From the IMG/VR virus record IMGVR_UViG_3300011118_000005, positions 2,682-66,681 of that record: a stretch of DNA of 64,000 nucleotides; one strand, 5' to 3'. Source of the DNA: a virus. Position numbers and translations under genes: made by a program. The notes beneath the pieces were generated by a model. That model saw only the letters and a list, made by a program, of their open reading frames with translations. It ran no database searches and was not told where the DNA came from. Below, piece by piece: positions 37,669-47,981 of the stretch. Every line of letters starts with the position of its first letter. The first letter of the stretch is position 1.

Positions 37669-38418
37669 TCATTGCTCGTTATCCTTGATGAGAGTCATCA
37701 ATAAAGTCTCGCTAATTTCGCCAAGAGCCCAGCGCAGAACATGCACATGTTGCATCATGTCGATTTCCATCAGCCTAGTCATCAAAGCCTGCACCTGCTT
37801 CTTAGGACGAATGGCTTTCCGGTTTGAGTATTTCTCAGCCATTTCCTGTGTTGTCATGCCTTCTTGCTTACCCTGTACGATAAGCGCTGCGGTCGCTTTC
37901 TGCTCTGCCTCTGTCTTGGAAAGCAACATGTTCACATCAGCCGCCGACAAGTATCCTGCTTCGACCTGCGCAATAACCTCTTCAGGTAGTCTCCACACTT
38001 GCCATCGGTTTCGGACCCATCCTCTTGATTTGCCGATTTCACGAGAAATTACAAGGTCGCTAATATCTGGATCGTATGCCCTATATAGCATACGACATTG
38101 TTCCCAATATTCAGGGTTTTCCCTCTCCAGATTCTCGACAATATTAAGCACCTTGGATTTGTGCTCATCGACTTCCCTGACATGGCACTCAACCTCAGTG
38201 TGGCCCAAAATAGTGGCGCAGGCAACCATTCTACGATAGCCAACAACAAGCTGGTACGCATAAACGGTTTCATGCTCTATTGGTCTGACCACCAACGGAT
38301 GTATCAAACCATGTGTAGCAATAGAAGCCGCAAGCTCTGCACAGGAGTCCGGCGAAAACTCATCACGAGAGACATTTTTGCTATGGTCTACCAGTATATT
38401 TGCTACTGGAATCTTCAT
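37669..38418 (-). CDS. ParB/Srx-like protein
   Basis: GLIHPLVVR, VGYRR, ENLERE, HTH. Confidence 0.85.
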   Translation of the reverse strand: MKIPVANILVDHSKNVSRDEFSPDSCAELAASIATHGLIHPLVVRPIEHETVYAYQLVVGYRRMVACATILGHTEVECHVREVDEHKSKVLNIVENLERENPEYWEQCRMLYRAYDPDISDLVISREIGKSRGWVRNRWQVWRLPEEVIAQVEAGYLSAADVNMLLSKTEAEQKATAALIVQGKQEGMTTQEMAEKYSNRKAIRPKKQVQALMTRLMEIDMMQHVHVLRWALGEISETLLMTLIKDNEQ

Positions 38419-38636
38419 CAACGCGCTCCTGTATATGGGGCTAATGAACATTTCTCGCCGCACGACCCAGTCATAAGTCGGCAATCTTGAACAACACACA
38501 TCGTTTCCGATACCCCACCCTCTACCCGGTCTATTGTCTGCACTCGCACCAAAACAGTTTTAACACTGACTTTGGATGCGTAGGTGCGAGTAATCGCCAA
38601 GTCGTCGGACGTAGAATCAAGTAAATGCCACATTTT

Positions 38637-39062
38637 TTATTCCCTGTAAAAGCCATCGTAGTCATTGTAATTAGCTGAACCGGCATCCCAAGCACCGTGT
38701 TCTCTCACCATTGGCTCCCAGCCATATTGTTCATACTCATCCATTGAATCATCTCTGGGAGGGCACCCAATATCGCTTGGTCTCATGTATTCAATAGAGG
38801 ATGCGTGCGGTCTCCCTGATTCTGGGTGGTGGTTGACCAGCCGGGTTCCAGGAGGCCGAGGTCCAAGGAACGCCGCAGCCAGAATATCGATGATGGCAAA
38901 GCGTCCTGTGATTCCACATCTATCCAGAGTAACATGGGTCTGCGATGAGGAATTGAATAATACAGCCTCCGGGTCTGTCGGTTTTCCCTCAGAGAACATG
39001 CCATCACTGCTGATAACATACTCTCCCTCGAATCCAGGGACTTCTTTCCAAATGCGGTCCAT
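38637..39062 (-). CDS. NUMOD4-domain degenerate HNH-like protein
   Basis: IWKEVPGFEGEYVISSDG, AAAFLGPRPPG; HNH residues altered. Confidence 0.6.
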   Translation of the reverse strand: MDRIWKEVPGFEGEYVISSDGMFSEGKPTDPEAVLFNSSSQTHVTLDRCGITGRFAIIDILAAAFLGPRPPGTRLVNHHPESGRPHASSIEYMRPSDIGCPPRDDSMDEYEQYGWEPMVREHGAWDAGSANYNDYDGFYRE

Positions 39063-39063
39063 T

Positions 39064-40326
39064 TTATTTCTCCATTATCTGATAACGTACCGGACCAGCT
39101 TTCTCGCCCTCTGTACGCATTTTAATCGGTAACCGCCACGTCACCCCATTGTGCTTATGGACTCCAAAGATAGTCTGCGAAGGACTCCCGGCTTCATCAA
39201 TGTTCTGATAGCTGTACTGGTCACATGCCAGCCACGCGCCGTTGCCGAGCATCGTCGCACCGCCTGAGACCTGGACTTGGCCCTCGGTGTGGAAGTGGCC
39301 AGAACAGAAGTAATGGACCGCTCCCTTGTGCAACGGCACAATGGTCTGCGACTTGCGCTTCGCACGAGCCCAGGTCTCGGAACTGCCTTTCTTCCCATGC
39401 CCATGATGGCAGAAGAAGTTCCATCCCTCGATCTCTTTGATCGTGCTGAGCCCCGCTGGGAACTCGAACTTCACGTTCTTGAGATTCTGGCAATGTACCT
39501 GAGCGATCTTCATAATCAGAGTGTCGTGATTCGCGGCCACGCTCTGTGTGTGGAACTCAATTTTATCGGTGAGGCGTCCGTGATTGCCAACGATGCTCAA
39601 GATCTCAATCTCGGCAAAGTAGGCAGACAACTCTGCGAACATCTGCGAGAACAACTGCGCAATGGCCAAATCATTGGTGAATGGATCTCCAAAATACGAA
39701 CGTCGGTCGGCATTGTGGATTTGCCCAGAGGTGTAGTCGCCGAGCCCCAAGATAACCAACTTGCGGAACTTGAAGTTCGATAACGAAACCATAGTGAACT
39801 TTAGCAATTCATCAATCAGAACCTCGGCCCGACGCGCCGCCACCGGGAAATCGAAATCTTCTAGGCCGTCGACCTCTTCCGGGGTGACTACTTGGTCACA
39901 GTGAGGGTCAGACAGCATTAGCACCAAAGTCTCTTCAATGGCTTGGCCGCTTATCTTCGGCAGCTTAACCGGCTTGACGGCCCGGATAGGGGTGATGATT
40001 GGTGAGAGTTGCTCCACAATCCCGTCGACAACGGCAATCCGCTTGCTGGCTGCCTTGAGTTGCCGCTTCAGCAAATTACGCTCTTGGCGGCAGTTCTCAA
40101 GTTGGCCAAACAAGGCGACATTTTGAGTTTCCAGATTCAGATGCTTGGGCTGTCCACCAGGAATCCGTTGTGCCTGCAATAATGGCTCAACTGCTTTGTA
40201 AGATCTGTTAGTGGCAATATCGCTGACCATAGAACGACTGATGCCAAACTTCTCTCCAATCTCTTTTTGGGTCAGTTTGTTTTCGAGAAGAAGTTGCTTG
40301 ATCTTTTTTACATTGCTAAGTTTCAT
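39064..40326 (-). CDS. HTH-fused calcineurin-like metallophosphoesterase
   Basis: N-terminal LTQKEIGEKFGISRSMVS; SDPH, LGD, GNHG, HHGH, GHFH. Confidence 0.85.
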   Translation of the reverse strand: MKLSNVKKIKQLLLENKLTQKEIGEKFGISRSMVSDIATNRSYKAVEPLLQAQRIPGGQPKHLNLETQNVALFGQLENCRQERNLLKRQLKAASKRIAVVDGIVEQLSPIITPIRAVKPVKLPKISGQAIEETLVLMLSDPHCDQVVTPEEVDGLEDFDFPVAARRAEVLIDELLKFTMVSLSNFKFRKLVILGLGDYTSGQIHNADRRSYFGDPFTNDLAIAQLFSQMFAELSAYFAEIEILSIVGNHGRLTDKIEFHTQSVAANHDTLIMKIAQVHCQNLKNVKFEFPAGLSTIKEIEGWNFFCHHGHGKKGSSETWARAKRKSQTIVPLHKGAVHYFCSGHFHTEGQVQVSGGATMLGNGAWLACDQYSYQNIDEAGSPSQTIFGVHKHNGVTWRLPIKMRTEGEKAGPVRYQIMEK

Positions 40327-40502
40327 TATTGCTCCCGTTGATTATTATATGCCACTGCTTCTGTTGACTGTTATACTCCTGCGTCAAAATATCTACTACC
40401 TTACGTTTGAAATCCGGCCAATCCCTAAGCATCTTATCTGGGTCTCGTGGCGCAGGCACTAAATGATCTGGAATGTTCATATTCTTTTCATCTAGGATCA
40501 TG

Positions 40503-40802
40503 TTATTGCTCCACGAATGGGTTAAGTATGGTTACGGGCTCGACATATCTGGTTGTTATGTAATCTCGACTATAGGTCACTCTAGACCGTGACGCATTAG
40601 CCGGTATCCTCGGACTCGGATAATATGTCCTCTTTCTCTCTTTCCGGCGCGGACGATAGTAATATGATTCAGGTACCACATATATTACTTTAGGGCCTGG
40701 ACAAGGACGCTTGCGGGGTGGGCGCAAGTCATAGTCAGGGAATTGATAAGCCGATGCACTGGAGCACATCAAAGCGATGATTGTGATTATAATGTATCTC
40801 AT
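40503..40802 (-). CDS. small exported hypothetical protein
   Basis: Signal peptide MRYIIITIIALMCSSASA. Confidence 0.55.
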   Translation of the reverse strand: MRYIIITIIALMCSSASAYQFPDYDLRPPRKRPCPGPKVIYVVPESYYYRPRRKERKRTYYPSPRIPANASRSRVTYSRDYITTRYVEPVTILNPFVEQ

Positions 40803-40808
40803 ACTAAT

Positions 40809-40837
40809 ATTATATCCTGTAGGATATACAATGTCAA
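40809..40837 (-). promoter_or_regulatory. consensus sigma70 promoter with palindromic operator-like site
   Basis: TTGACA-17bp-TATAAT; TATATCCT-gt-AGGATATA inverted repeat at 40811-40828. Confidence 0.75.
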
Positions 40838-41406
40838 GCAAAATCTTTCAATAAAATAAATTACTTCTTATCCAAACCTTCCCAAGTACCAGAATACTCG
40901 ACAAGTTCAACCTCCAAATCATGATCAGTATCTGGCACCATTTCGTCACGTAGAATTTTATCTACTTGTTCCATTAGCTTCAACGGATTCAGCCCAGAGA
41001 CTCCAAATAAATTCACCTCTAATTTCACATAGCTCATTTTAGTCTCCTTGGTACTCAGACACCACTAATATGCTGGAGTGGCGTGTTTTGGAAAAATGCC
41101 TCAAAAAAGTGACTTATATATAGATTCTACGTCGACTGAAAAATCTCTCATCATCGAGCCTGGATTGGCAGAAGTAGGCGGCAGGCGTCCCTAAAACGGT
41201 CTGGGTGGAACTTGACAGAGACCTCACCGAAATCCCCATCTGCAACCACGGTTCCTAGTCGCTTCAGCTTGCGGACCACAGATTTATCGTTTGCAGCCGC
41301 TACTAGGAATTTGCCATCTTGGTAGATGTGGCCGAACTTGCAAATGAGGTTTATCGTATCATATTCGTGCTCTGTAATCTTCCACCCGGAGCCACGGGAC
41401 AATTTT

Positions 41407-43200
41407 TTAATCGTCTTCATCTTCATCCTCCTCATCGAACCCAAGGGATTCTTCGATCACTCCTAGCGACAGGTGTTCAAGTTCTTTGTTATCATTCAGA
41501 GTATCCAGGACAAGTTGGTCCACTGGTAAGTGTATTAAATCAATGATGTTGGCTCCCAGGGTAATGTCCATCGACATACGATGAATCCGGTCTTGCATTT
41601 GAAGTCGGTGCTCAGCCGAGAAATTATTATCATAGAATAACAAGGTGTGAGCCAGCGTAAGGGTCAATCCAAAACGCGCGGAACCAGGGTTACAAACGAA
41701 GCACACTTTGCCGTGGTTCTCTTCCCAGAAATCCATGGGATCATCTTTGATAAAGCCTCCCTGATTATCATAACAACGCCATCCTCGACCATCTACACAC
41801 GTCACAGCCCATCCACGACCTTTACACACATCTAGGATACGATCAATGCTGCCCTGGAAACTAGCTGCTACTACAAGCCTTCCATGTATCTCGTTTTCAT
41901 CTAGTATATCTCGCAGAGCATTATCTTTTAGACATTTGACTCTTTTCGTCTGCCTCTTATAATCAGGGATAGTTTTGTTGCCAAGGCATCCTGGACAGGT
42001 TCCTTCATGTGGATAGTCGTATACGCCGGTGCCTTTACATACTGGACATTCTTTTTCACCGTCTGCGGCATTGACATATTGGAACCCGCTGGATAAGGCT
42101 CTCATCCAAGTCAAAGCTGTGATAGCATTTGGAGCAATCTTGCATAGTGACTTAGCCACACGAAGAGTCTTCTTAGACGGCTCCAAGTTGATTTTTCTAT
42201 ACTTCTTTGGCGGCAGTTTGAGCCAATCCTTTTTGCGATAGACAGGCATCAAACCTTTATACCTATTCGGTAGCCGCGCCACTTCTTCCTTACGCCACCC
42301 AGTTCGGCTGCTATGTTTAATCCCATCCATATCCTCAATATCTTCCATGATTGCATACCTGCGCTCAAATGCGCGGAAAGAGCCTTCTTTGATAAATCCA
42401 GGCCAAGCAATCTCGCACTGTGACCATAGATCAGTTGGATGCTTGGCGCTCGGCGTGCCAGATAAGAGAATTACATAGCCTTCTAATCCATGCTTCTCTC
42501 GGATAAGGTCAGCAATTGCTTGCGCAGCAATAGACCTCTTTGAAGTCGGAGTTTTGAGTGCAGATGATTCGTCAAAGAAAATACCGTCTGGCGGAATCAA
42601 TCCATCAAACTCATAACGCATTATTTTGGTGAGTCTCTCATAGCTCATCATCCTAATTTTTATGCTAGGGTCTGAGCCCCACTTTTTGAACTCCCTCTCT
42701 ACTGAGGCCAGTGCAGACTTGGGGCCAACAAACCACCATTCCTTCTTACCGGATCTTTCCATGATCTCTATGGCAGCCAGAGACTTGCCTAGCCCCTGCT
42801 CAGCAGCTAGTATTTGGTATCGATACTGTAGCCCACGACTGATCATGTCGATTTGCGCAGGCTTTATTTCTAAGCCTAATTGCTTAAACTGAGGTCGGTC
42901 GAACTGTTCCTTCTTCATCAATTCAAGAGGCCGTTTCCACCACACATACATATCCTCGCCCCAGAGATGCTGAAGCTGGAAGACATTGCGGTGGCAATTT
43001 TTGATCGACCACTTTTTGATGGGTGGTTCATCGCGACCGTGCCATTTGTAACCTGAGAAGGTTTTGATAGCTCGATTTAGAATCTTGGAGAACCCAATTT
43101 GCTGAAACCAAATATCATCTTCGTCCACTTTAAGTCCGACTGCGAACTTATAGATATACTTACCTTCTTGGACCTTCAGTTCTTTGCGAAGCAGGGACAA
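41407..43200 (-). CDS. SNF2-family SF2 helicase with zinc-finger insert
   Basis: QGLGKS, DESS, SGTP, GLTL, QMQDRIHR; TTG start after an AGAGGA RBS inferred. Confidence 0.88.
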   Translation of the reverse strand: MSLLRKELKVQEGKYIYKFAVGLKVDEDDIWFQQIGFSKILNRAIKTFSGYKWHGRDEPPIKKWSIKNCHRNVFQLQHLWGEDMYVWWKRPLELMKKEQFDRPQFKQLGLEIKPAQIDMISRGLQYRYQILAAEQGLGKSLAAIEIMERSGKKEWWFVGPKSALASVEREFKKWGSDPSIKIRMMSYERLTKIMRYEFDGLIPPDGIFFDESSALKTPTSKRSIAAQAIADLIREKHGLEGYVILLSGTPSAKHPTDLWSQCEIAWPGFIKEGSFRAFERRYAIMEDIEDMDGIKHSSRTGWRKEEVARLPNRYKGLMPVYRKKDWLKLPPKKYRKINLEPSKKTLRVAKSLCKIAPNAITALTWMRALSSGFQYVNAADGEKECPVCKGTGVYDYPHEGTCPGCLGNKTIPDYKRQTKRVKCLKDNALRDILDENEIHGRLVVAASFQGSIDRILDVCKGRGWAVTCVDGRGWRCYDNQGGFIKDDPMDFWEENHGKVCFVCNPGSARFGLTLTLAHTLLFYDNNFSAEHRLQMQDRIHRMSMDITLGANIIDLIHLPVDQLVLDTLNDNKELEHLSLGVIEESLGFDEEDEDEDD

Positions 43201-43848
43201 ATTATTTCCTCTAAAGTAATGGGGCTTCTCTAATATGCCAATGGTGGCACGCCATGTACTCATCCATAGTATTGATACCTGCCCAGGGATATTTTTCTCT
43301 AATATTATTAAAATCTTTTTCTCGAAGTTGGGCAAGTATAAGCTCGGCGTGCGCAAAGGTATCAGTAGTGACTGCCACCACGTCATCATTGCAACAAATA
43401 ACATGGACTATTTCAGGAGGCAAGATTCTTCTCCAGATATTTGATAGCTTTTGGCATTTCATCGAGTTCAGTCTCAAGATTAGGATCTTCTGAAACCTCT
43501 TTGTGAACCTCCATTATACATGGTAGATCATCAACTGTCAAGGATAATCTCGCAGTTTTATCTATTTTTATGCAGCCACCATAGTTCTTGGTGTTACATA
43601 GTTCTTTCTCATCTACCATATCGTGGTACACAGCGAAGCTCAAAACTCTACTGATTAAATCCTCCTCCGAAGGGCTCATAGGATAATAGCCTTCCTTGGA
43701 CATAAAGACAAACATCTTTGAAATAGCTACTGCGTGCTTCTTCATTATCTTCATCATTATACCTTATCTTAGATTGGTAGGAGTATTCAAAAGCCAGAAG
43801 GAACAGCAGATCATTATAGCTGCAAAGATAGCTATGGACACCCACATA

Positions 43849-44412
43849 TTATCTCCTCGCCACTGCAATCTGAATCAATCTGGCCACCACCTTGGCATCC
43901 TCTAAGGCGGTATGCGCAACCACACCCTCAAGACCAGCCCTCTTCATACATTCCTCTGTGTTGGGCAACTCTGAATCCTTCAGCGGGTTCCAGTACAATT
44001 CCCCAGGGTCAATAACCCGTCGACGGAATACCTTCTCCACGTCCCATCCTGGTAGGCATCGCAGAAACCGATCATCAAACCCAGCGTAATTCTTACCAGC
44101 CACATTGTAAGGGCCTCGATTCCCAAAATATGGTATCAGAAAATTATGAAGGTGGGCTCGTACCCATTCTGGTCTAAGAAACAGATATTTGTCTTCATCT
44201 CGCTCCGCGATGCGACGAAAGATTTCGGGGTGCATTGAGAGGGCGTAAGGCTCACCCTGATAAACCGGATGCACCACGTAGCAATGAAACTTTGGTGGAT
44301 TCTCAAGCGGTGTCAGCCAGTCATCGATGACGGCCCCTACCTCAATCACTTGGCAGGTTTTCTCATCGAGACCAGTAGTCTCAATATCAACGGAAACAAA
44401 ACGACAATCCAT
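43849..44412 (-). CDS. DEDDh 3'-5' exonuclease
   Basis: DIETTG, FD, HTALEDA. Confidence 0.88.
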   Translation of the reverse strand: MDCRFVSVDIETTGLDEKTCQVIEVGAVIDDWLTPLENPPKFHCYVVHPVYQGEPYALSMHPEIFRRIAERDEDKYLFLRPEWVRAHLHNFLIPYFGNRGPYNVAGKNYAGFDDRFLRCLPGWDVEKVFRRRVIDPGELYWNPLKDSELPNTEECMKRAGLEGVVAHTALEDAKVVARLIQIAVARR

Positions 44413-44679
44413 AGTTCTTCCTATTGTAAAATGTAATAATCACGGACGTAAAGCCAGTCTCGTTTCACCTCCGAGTCCATTGGGAGCACAGACCTACCTA
44501 ATCTGATATGTGGCGGGCCATCACGGTCCCCAGGACACACATCCACACGACCAATTGTGCTAACTCTGGCATCAAGCCACCAGCACAGCGTATCTTCGTG
44601 GTTTACCGGGACTACTAACTCTATTAGTTTGCCTTCCAGTGAGGTTAATTTAATAGCATCTCCAAGATCTCTCATAATC

Positions 44680-44892
44680 TCACAACCTCCACTTATGGAC
44701 ACCATACAAATCTAATACTCCCATCAGGATTGAAACACCTATTAGCGATGACAAGCCGCTCTGATACCCGACGACAGCCCAAATCACATTACCGCAAAAC
44801 ATTAGCCACAGCCCACGCACCCTCTTATGGGCTATGTCAACACTGCCCAGTGCCATAACAGTGTTGCCGATCCAGCCAATGATATCAATCAC
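44680..44892 (-). CDS. small three-helix membrane protein (PnuC/SemiSWEET-like)
   Basis: IIGWIG, GNVIW, LYGVHKW. Confidence 0.5.
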   Translation of the reverse strand: MIDIIGWIGNTVMALGSVDIAHKRVRGLWLMFCGNVIWAVVGYQSGLSSLIGVSILMGVLDLYGVHKWRL

Positions 44893-45749
44893 TTATCCAG
44901 ACCCCATATTTTGTAATCTTTTGCTCTCCCAGACACTTGAACAGCGAGGTCAAACGCATAGTTTGTTAGTTTTTGCACGCCTGGATAATCAAGAGTGTCG
45001 GCATCATCTGCTGGTGTATGGTACAACTGACTACCGTCTGTGTTAACGGTAATCACAGGGACTTTCACCATGACGAATGACCTATTATCGCTAGGTAATC
45101 TGCCTCCTCGATAAGTTACCGATGGTGCAAAATCATACTTTTCAAATATCTTGGCAAGATCCTTTTTAGGCCAACTCCTTTTAACCATTGGGGTAGTATC
45201 AAGATGGCCAAGCATATCCAGGTTTAAGGCAAAGACAGGCTGTGCATTGTCTTTATCAAAATCTCCATCAAATGGATTTTTGCAGAACACTTTGGAACCA
45301 ATTATACCAACCTCTTCGGCTGTGAACCAGACAAATACCACAGACCGGGCAGGTTTGTCTGCCTGAAATCGTCTAGCCAATTCCAATAAAACAGCAGATC
45401 CGGAGGCATTATCATCAGCACCATTCATGATTTTGCCTCTCCTGATACCAAGGTGGTCTAGGTGGGCGCATACTACAATATACGTTTCAGAATGGGTTCC
45501 GTCAATGTATGCAATTAAATTATTACAATCAATTCCGGCAAATTTAACCGGCTGATAGAATGTTGGAACCCCTATTTTATCAAGGGCAGCCACAATATAC
45601 TTCTGTGAATCGACCAGACCATCAGAGCCGATGCCACGGCCCTCCCTAGCATCATCTGCTAGGTATTCAATGTCTAACTTAATCTGATCTACTTGGGCGT
45701 AGGATAGAGTTGAAAAAAGTAATGCAAAAACAAATACAATAGTTCTCAT
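44889..45749 (-). CDS. secreted M28-family metallopeptidase
   Basis: Signal peptide; AHLDH, GADDNASG, AEEVG, LNLDM, YHTPAD. Confidence 0.9.
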   Translation of the reverse strand: MRTIVFVFALLFSTLSYAQVDQIKLDIEYLADDAREGRGIGSDGLVDSQKYIVAALDKIGVPTFYQPVKFAGIDCNNLIAYIDGTHSETYIVVCAHLDHLGIRRGKIMNGADDNASGSAVLLELARRFQADKPARSVVFVWFTAEEVGIIGSKVFCKNPFDGDFDKDNAQPVFALNLDMLGHLDTTPMVKRSWPKKDLAKIFEKYDFAPSVTYRGGRLPSDNRSFVMVKVPVITVNTDGSQLYHTPADDADTLDYPGVQKLTNYAFDLAVQVSGRAKDYKIWGLDK

Positions 45750-46435
45750 TTTATCTCCAGGTCGTTACGTGGTTATGAGGGTGGTTAGGTGAGTGACCAA
45801 CGTGTTTCTCCGTCAAAGTCGGAAACTTCGACAAATTCTGGGTCTTTCAGCCCCTTGGCAAATTTCATAGCGTCCCTGAAGTAGTCAAAATCCCTACTGT
45901 AGGTTTTGCCTTTATTGTCGGTCCAGATGACACAGAAGTCGTTTTCGTCGTACATGCCGGTTCTTTCGTTATACATGGTCTTTCTATTTCTCGGTTAGTG
46001 GTTGTGACTCCAACCATGTCAAGGTATCTTGGTCACCAATAACATGATTCAAATGTCCATTCAGCCTAAACAAGATTGAGTGAGTCCAAACCGCTTTCTC
46101 ACTAATCTCCATGGTACTCTTGACTTCGTGGACAATTTCTTCATTTTCATCATTTGTCACTTTGTGGACGACTTCCAACGTGTCACCAGGATTAAGATAT
46201 ATCGGTGAGTGGAACTTGAACGAGCCTACAATTTCAATCATTTTATCTCCAGGTTAAATAGGAAACTCCCAATCCACAACTAATAGATCTCCGGCGAAAC
46301 ACTCCACATCCTTCTCGAATTTGGTTTCATATCCATACTTTGTAGTCCTAACTACTGCCACGCCTTTGTCGGCTACCGAGCCATCTTCTGATATCAGAAC
46401 CCAATTAACCTTCTTGGATGATTGGTCAAACTGCC

Positions 46436-46939
46436 TCATTTATGCTCCAATAGAAGAAATGTGCCATCATGACTATCCCTGGTTTCCCAGCCCTCAAACA
46501 GGAACCCTAATCCCTTCTGGCACATGATAGTATACATCTGATTAAACGCTTGTCTGGTAGTGGGATACTGGTGTGAACCGCTCCCCTCGATTATGGCGTG
46601 AGTCCAATCCTCCAGGCTTCCAGAAATGAGCACACATCCTATCTCTTGTCTGAGAGACAAAGAAGTCGAAAGATGTGTCATACCTCTGGTATACTCTATA
46701 ATCTCACGTAGATTATCAATCATACCGGCTACCAGGAATCCTATATGCGTTACGGCCCCGGACAGGTCCACATCCTTTCTTGCAAAATCACGTAGAATAT
46801 TTATGTCATCAACCAGTTGACATAACCCAGGTCGCAAGTCTGCAACTTGTACGTGATTGATCCCTGTGACACTCCGTGAGGCATCCATAAATGCCCCGAG
46901 GTCTAAACGAGTCTCGGATACCAGGGCTACTCCAATCAA
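46436..46939 (-). CDS. hypothetical protein
   Basis: 167-aa ORF with TTG start, coupled to its neighbours. Confidence 0.55.
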   Translation of the reverse strand: MIGVALVSETRLDLGAFMDASRSVTGINHVQVADLRPGLCQLVDDINILRDFARKDVDLSGAVTHIGFLVAGMIDNLREIIEYTRGMTHLSTSLSLRQEIGCVLISGSLEDWTHAIIEGSGSHQYPTTRQAFNQMYTIMCQKGLGFLFEGWETRDSHDGTFLLLEHK

Positions 46940-47229
46940 AATTGTTCCTCCTCCTCTTCAGTGTCTTCGATTACGAACCCAGGAACCCCGTTCCAAAGAT
47001 AATCAAAGTTCACAGTTGCTTGTTCAGGTGACTCACCATAAGCGATGACACATTTCATAGGGTCAGGGTCACACTCAAACAAACATACCCATCTTGACCC
47101 ATCTCTGGTGACTGATATAGGCAGTTGTCGGCTAGGTCGGAAAGTCGTCATAAGCGAGGCGACATTCAATTTTGCCCTCTGCAATTTTACTTTGAGAATC
47201 TGTTTCTTTAATTGTTGGATGCCAAACAT
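46936..47229 (-). CDS. HicB-like fold protein
   Basis: WVCLF...IAYGESPEQATVNF resembles the HicB N-domain; acidic tail. Confidence 0.45.
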   Translation of the reverse strand: MFGIQQLKKQILKVKLQRAKLNVASLMTTFRPSRQLPISVTRDGSRWVCLFECDPDPMKCVIAYGESPEQATVNFDYLWNGVPGFVIEDTEEEEEQF

Positions 47230-47291
47230 TTTGTTCTCCGAATAAAAACTACCAATGGCTCATCCATGAGCCAGAGGCAGTCCACCCAAGA

Positions 47292-47981
47292 TTAACGAGA
47301 TTCGTCCTCGTCCGCAAGCTCCGGACCATTGGTTTCCGGATTCATAAACTTAACAATCTCCTCAATTATCGATTCGATATCTGGCAGATTGGTAATCGGA
47401 GCCGAGCACTTTCCAACTTGTGGCGCGTGCCAACTATACCGAGGACGTTCGATATATTTTGCCCTCAGAGTGAACGGGATGGGGTCTGCTGGCTCCACCC
47501 CTTTCCTTTCAGCGTCTTCCTCCGTCACAGGAAGATGTGCGCCCATGAGTCCGGATTCCATGCGGGCCGATTTGTTCCCGCAGAAGAACTCATAAAAAAC
47601 TCCAGTATTGCGCTCAAACAACAAGAACGATGGACCCCACATGCAGCCAGAATCCTTCTCACCGGCGCGATCTACAATCTCCTGGTAGACCTCATCTTCC
47701 TCATCAAACACAGCCAACGGTGGCTCGGACGTAGTGTCCAATGCCTTGTTCCGACAGGCAAATGCCAATACGTCGATGCTATCTCCCAAATCAATAATAC
47801 CATCGTCTCCAGTTGGTACACCATAGTGACCAGGAGCAATCAGACCTTTGTCGACAAACTTGCCCTTCGTGACAAGTTGCAATCGAGGAAGGAAGTTAGA
47901 CTCAGCACCATACTTGGAAAAGTCAACTACGCTTGTCGATGGGAGGTTAGTTAAAGTGGCAGCCATTAAAGCATTACTCAT
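47292..47981 (-). CDS. putative ssDNA-binding protein
   Basis: FLPRLQL, YSWHAP, acidic C-terminus, located in the replication cluster. Confidence 0.5.
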   Translation of the reverse strand: MSNALMAATLTNLPSTSVVDFSKYGAESNFLPRLQLVTKGKFVDKGLIAPGHYGVPTGDDGIIDLGDSIDVLAFACRNKALDTTSEPPLAVFDEEDEVYQEIVDRAGEKDSGCMWGPSFLLFERNTGVFYEFFCGNKSARMESGLMGAHLPVTEEDAERKGVEPADPIPFTLRAKYIERPRYSWHAPQVGKCSAPITNLPDIESIIEEIVKFMNPETNGPELADEDESR

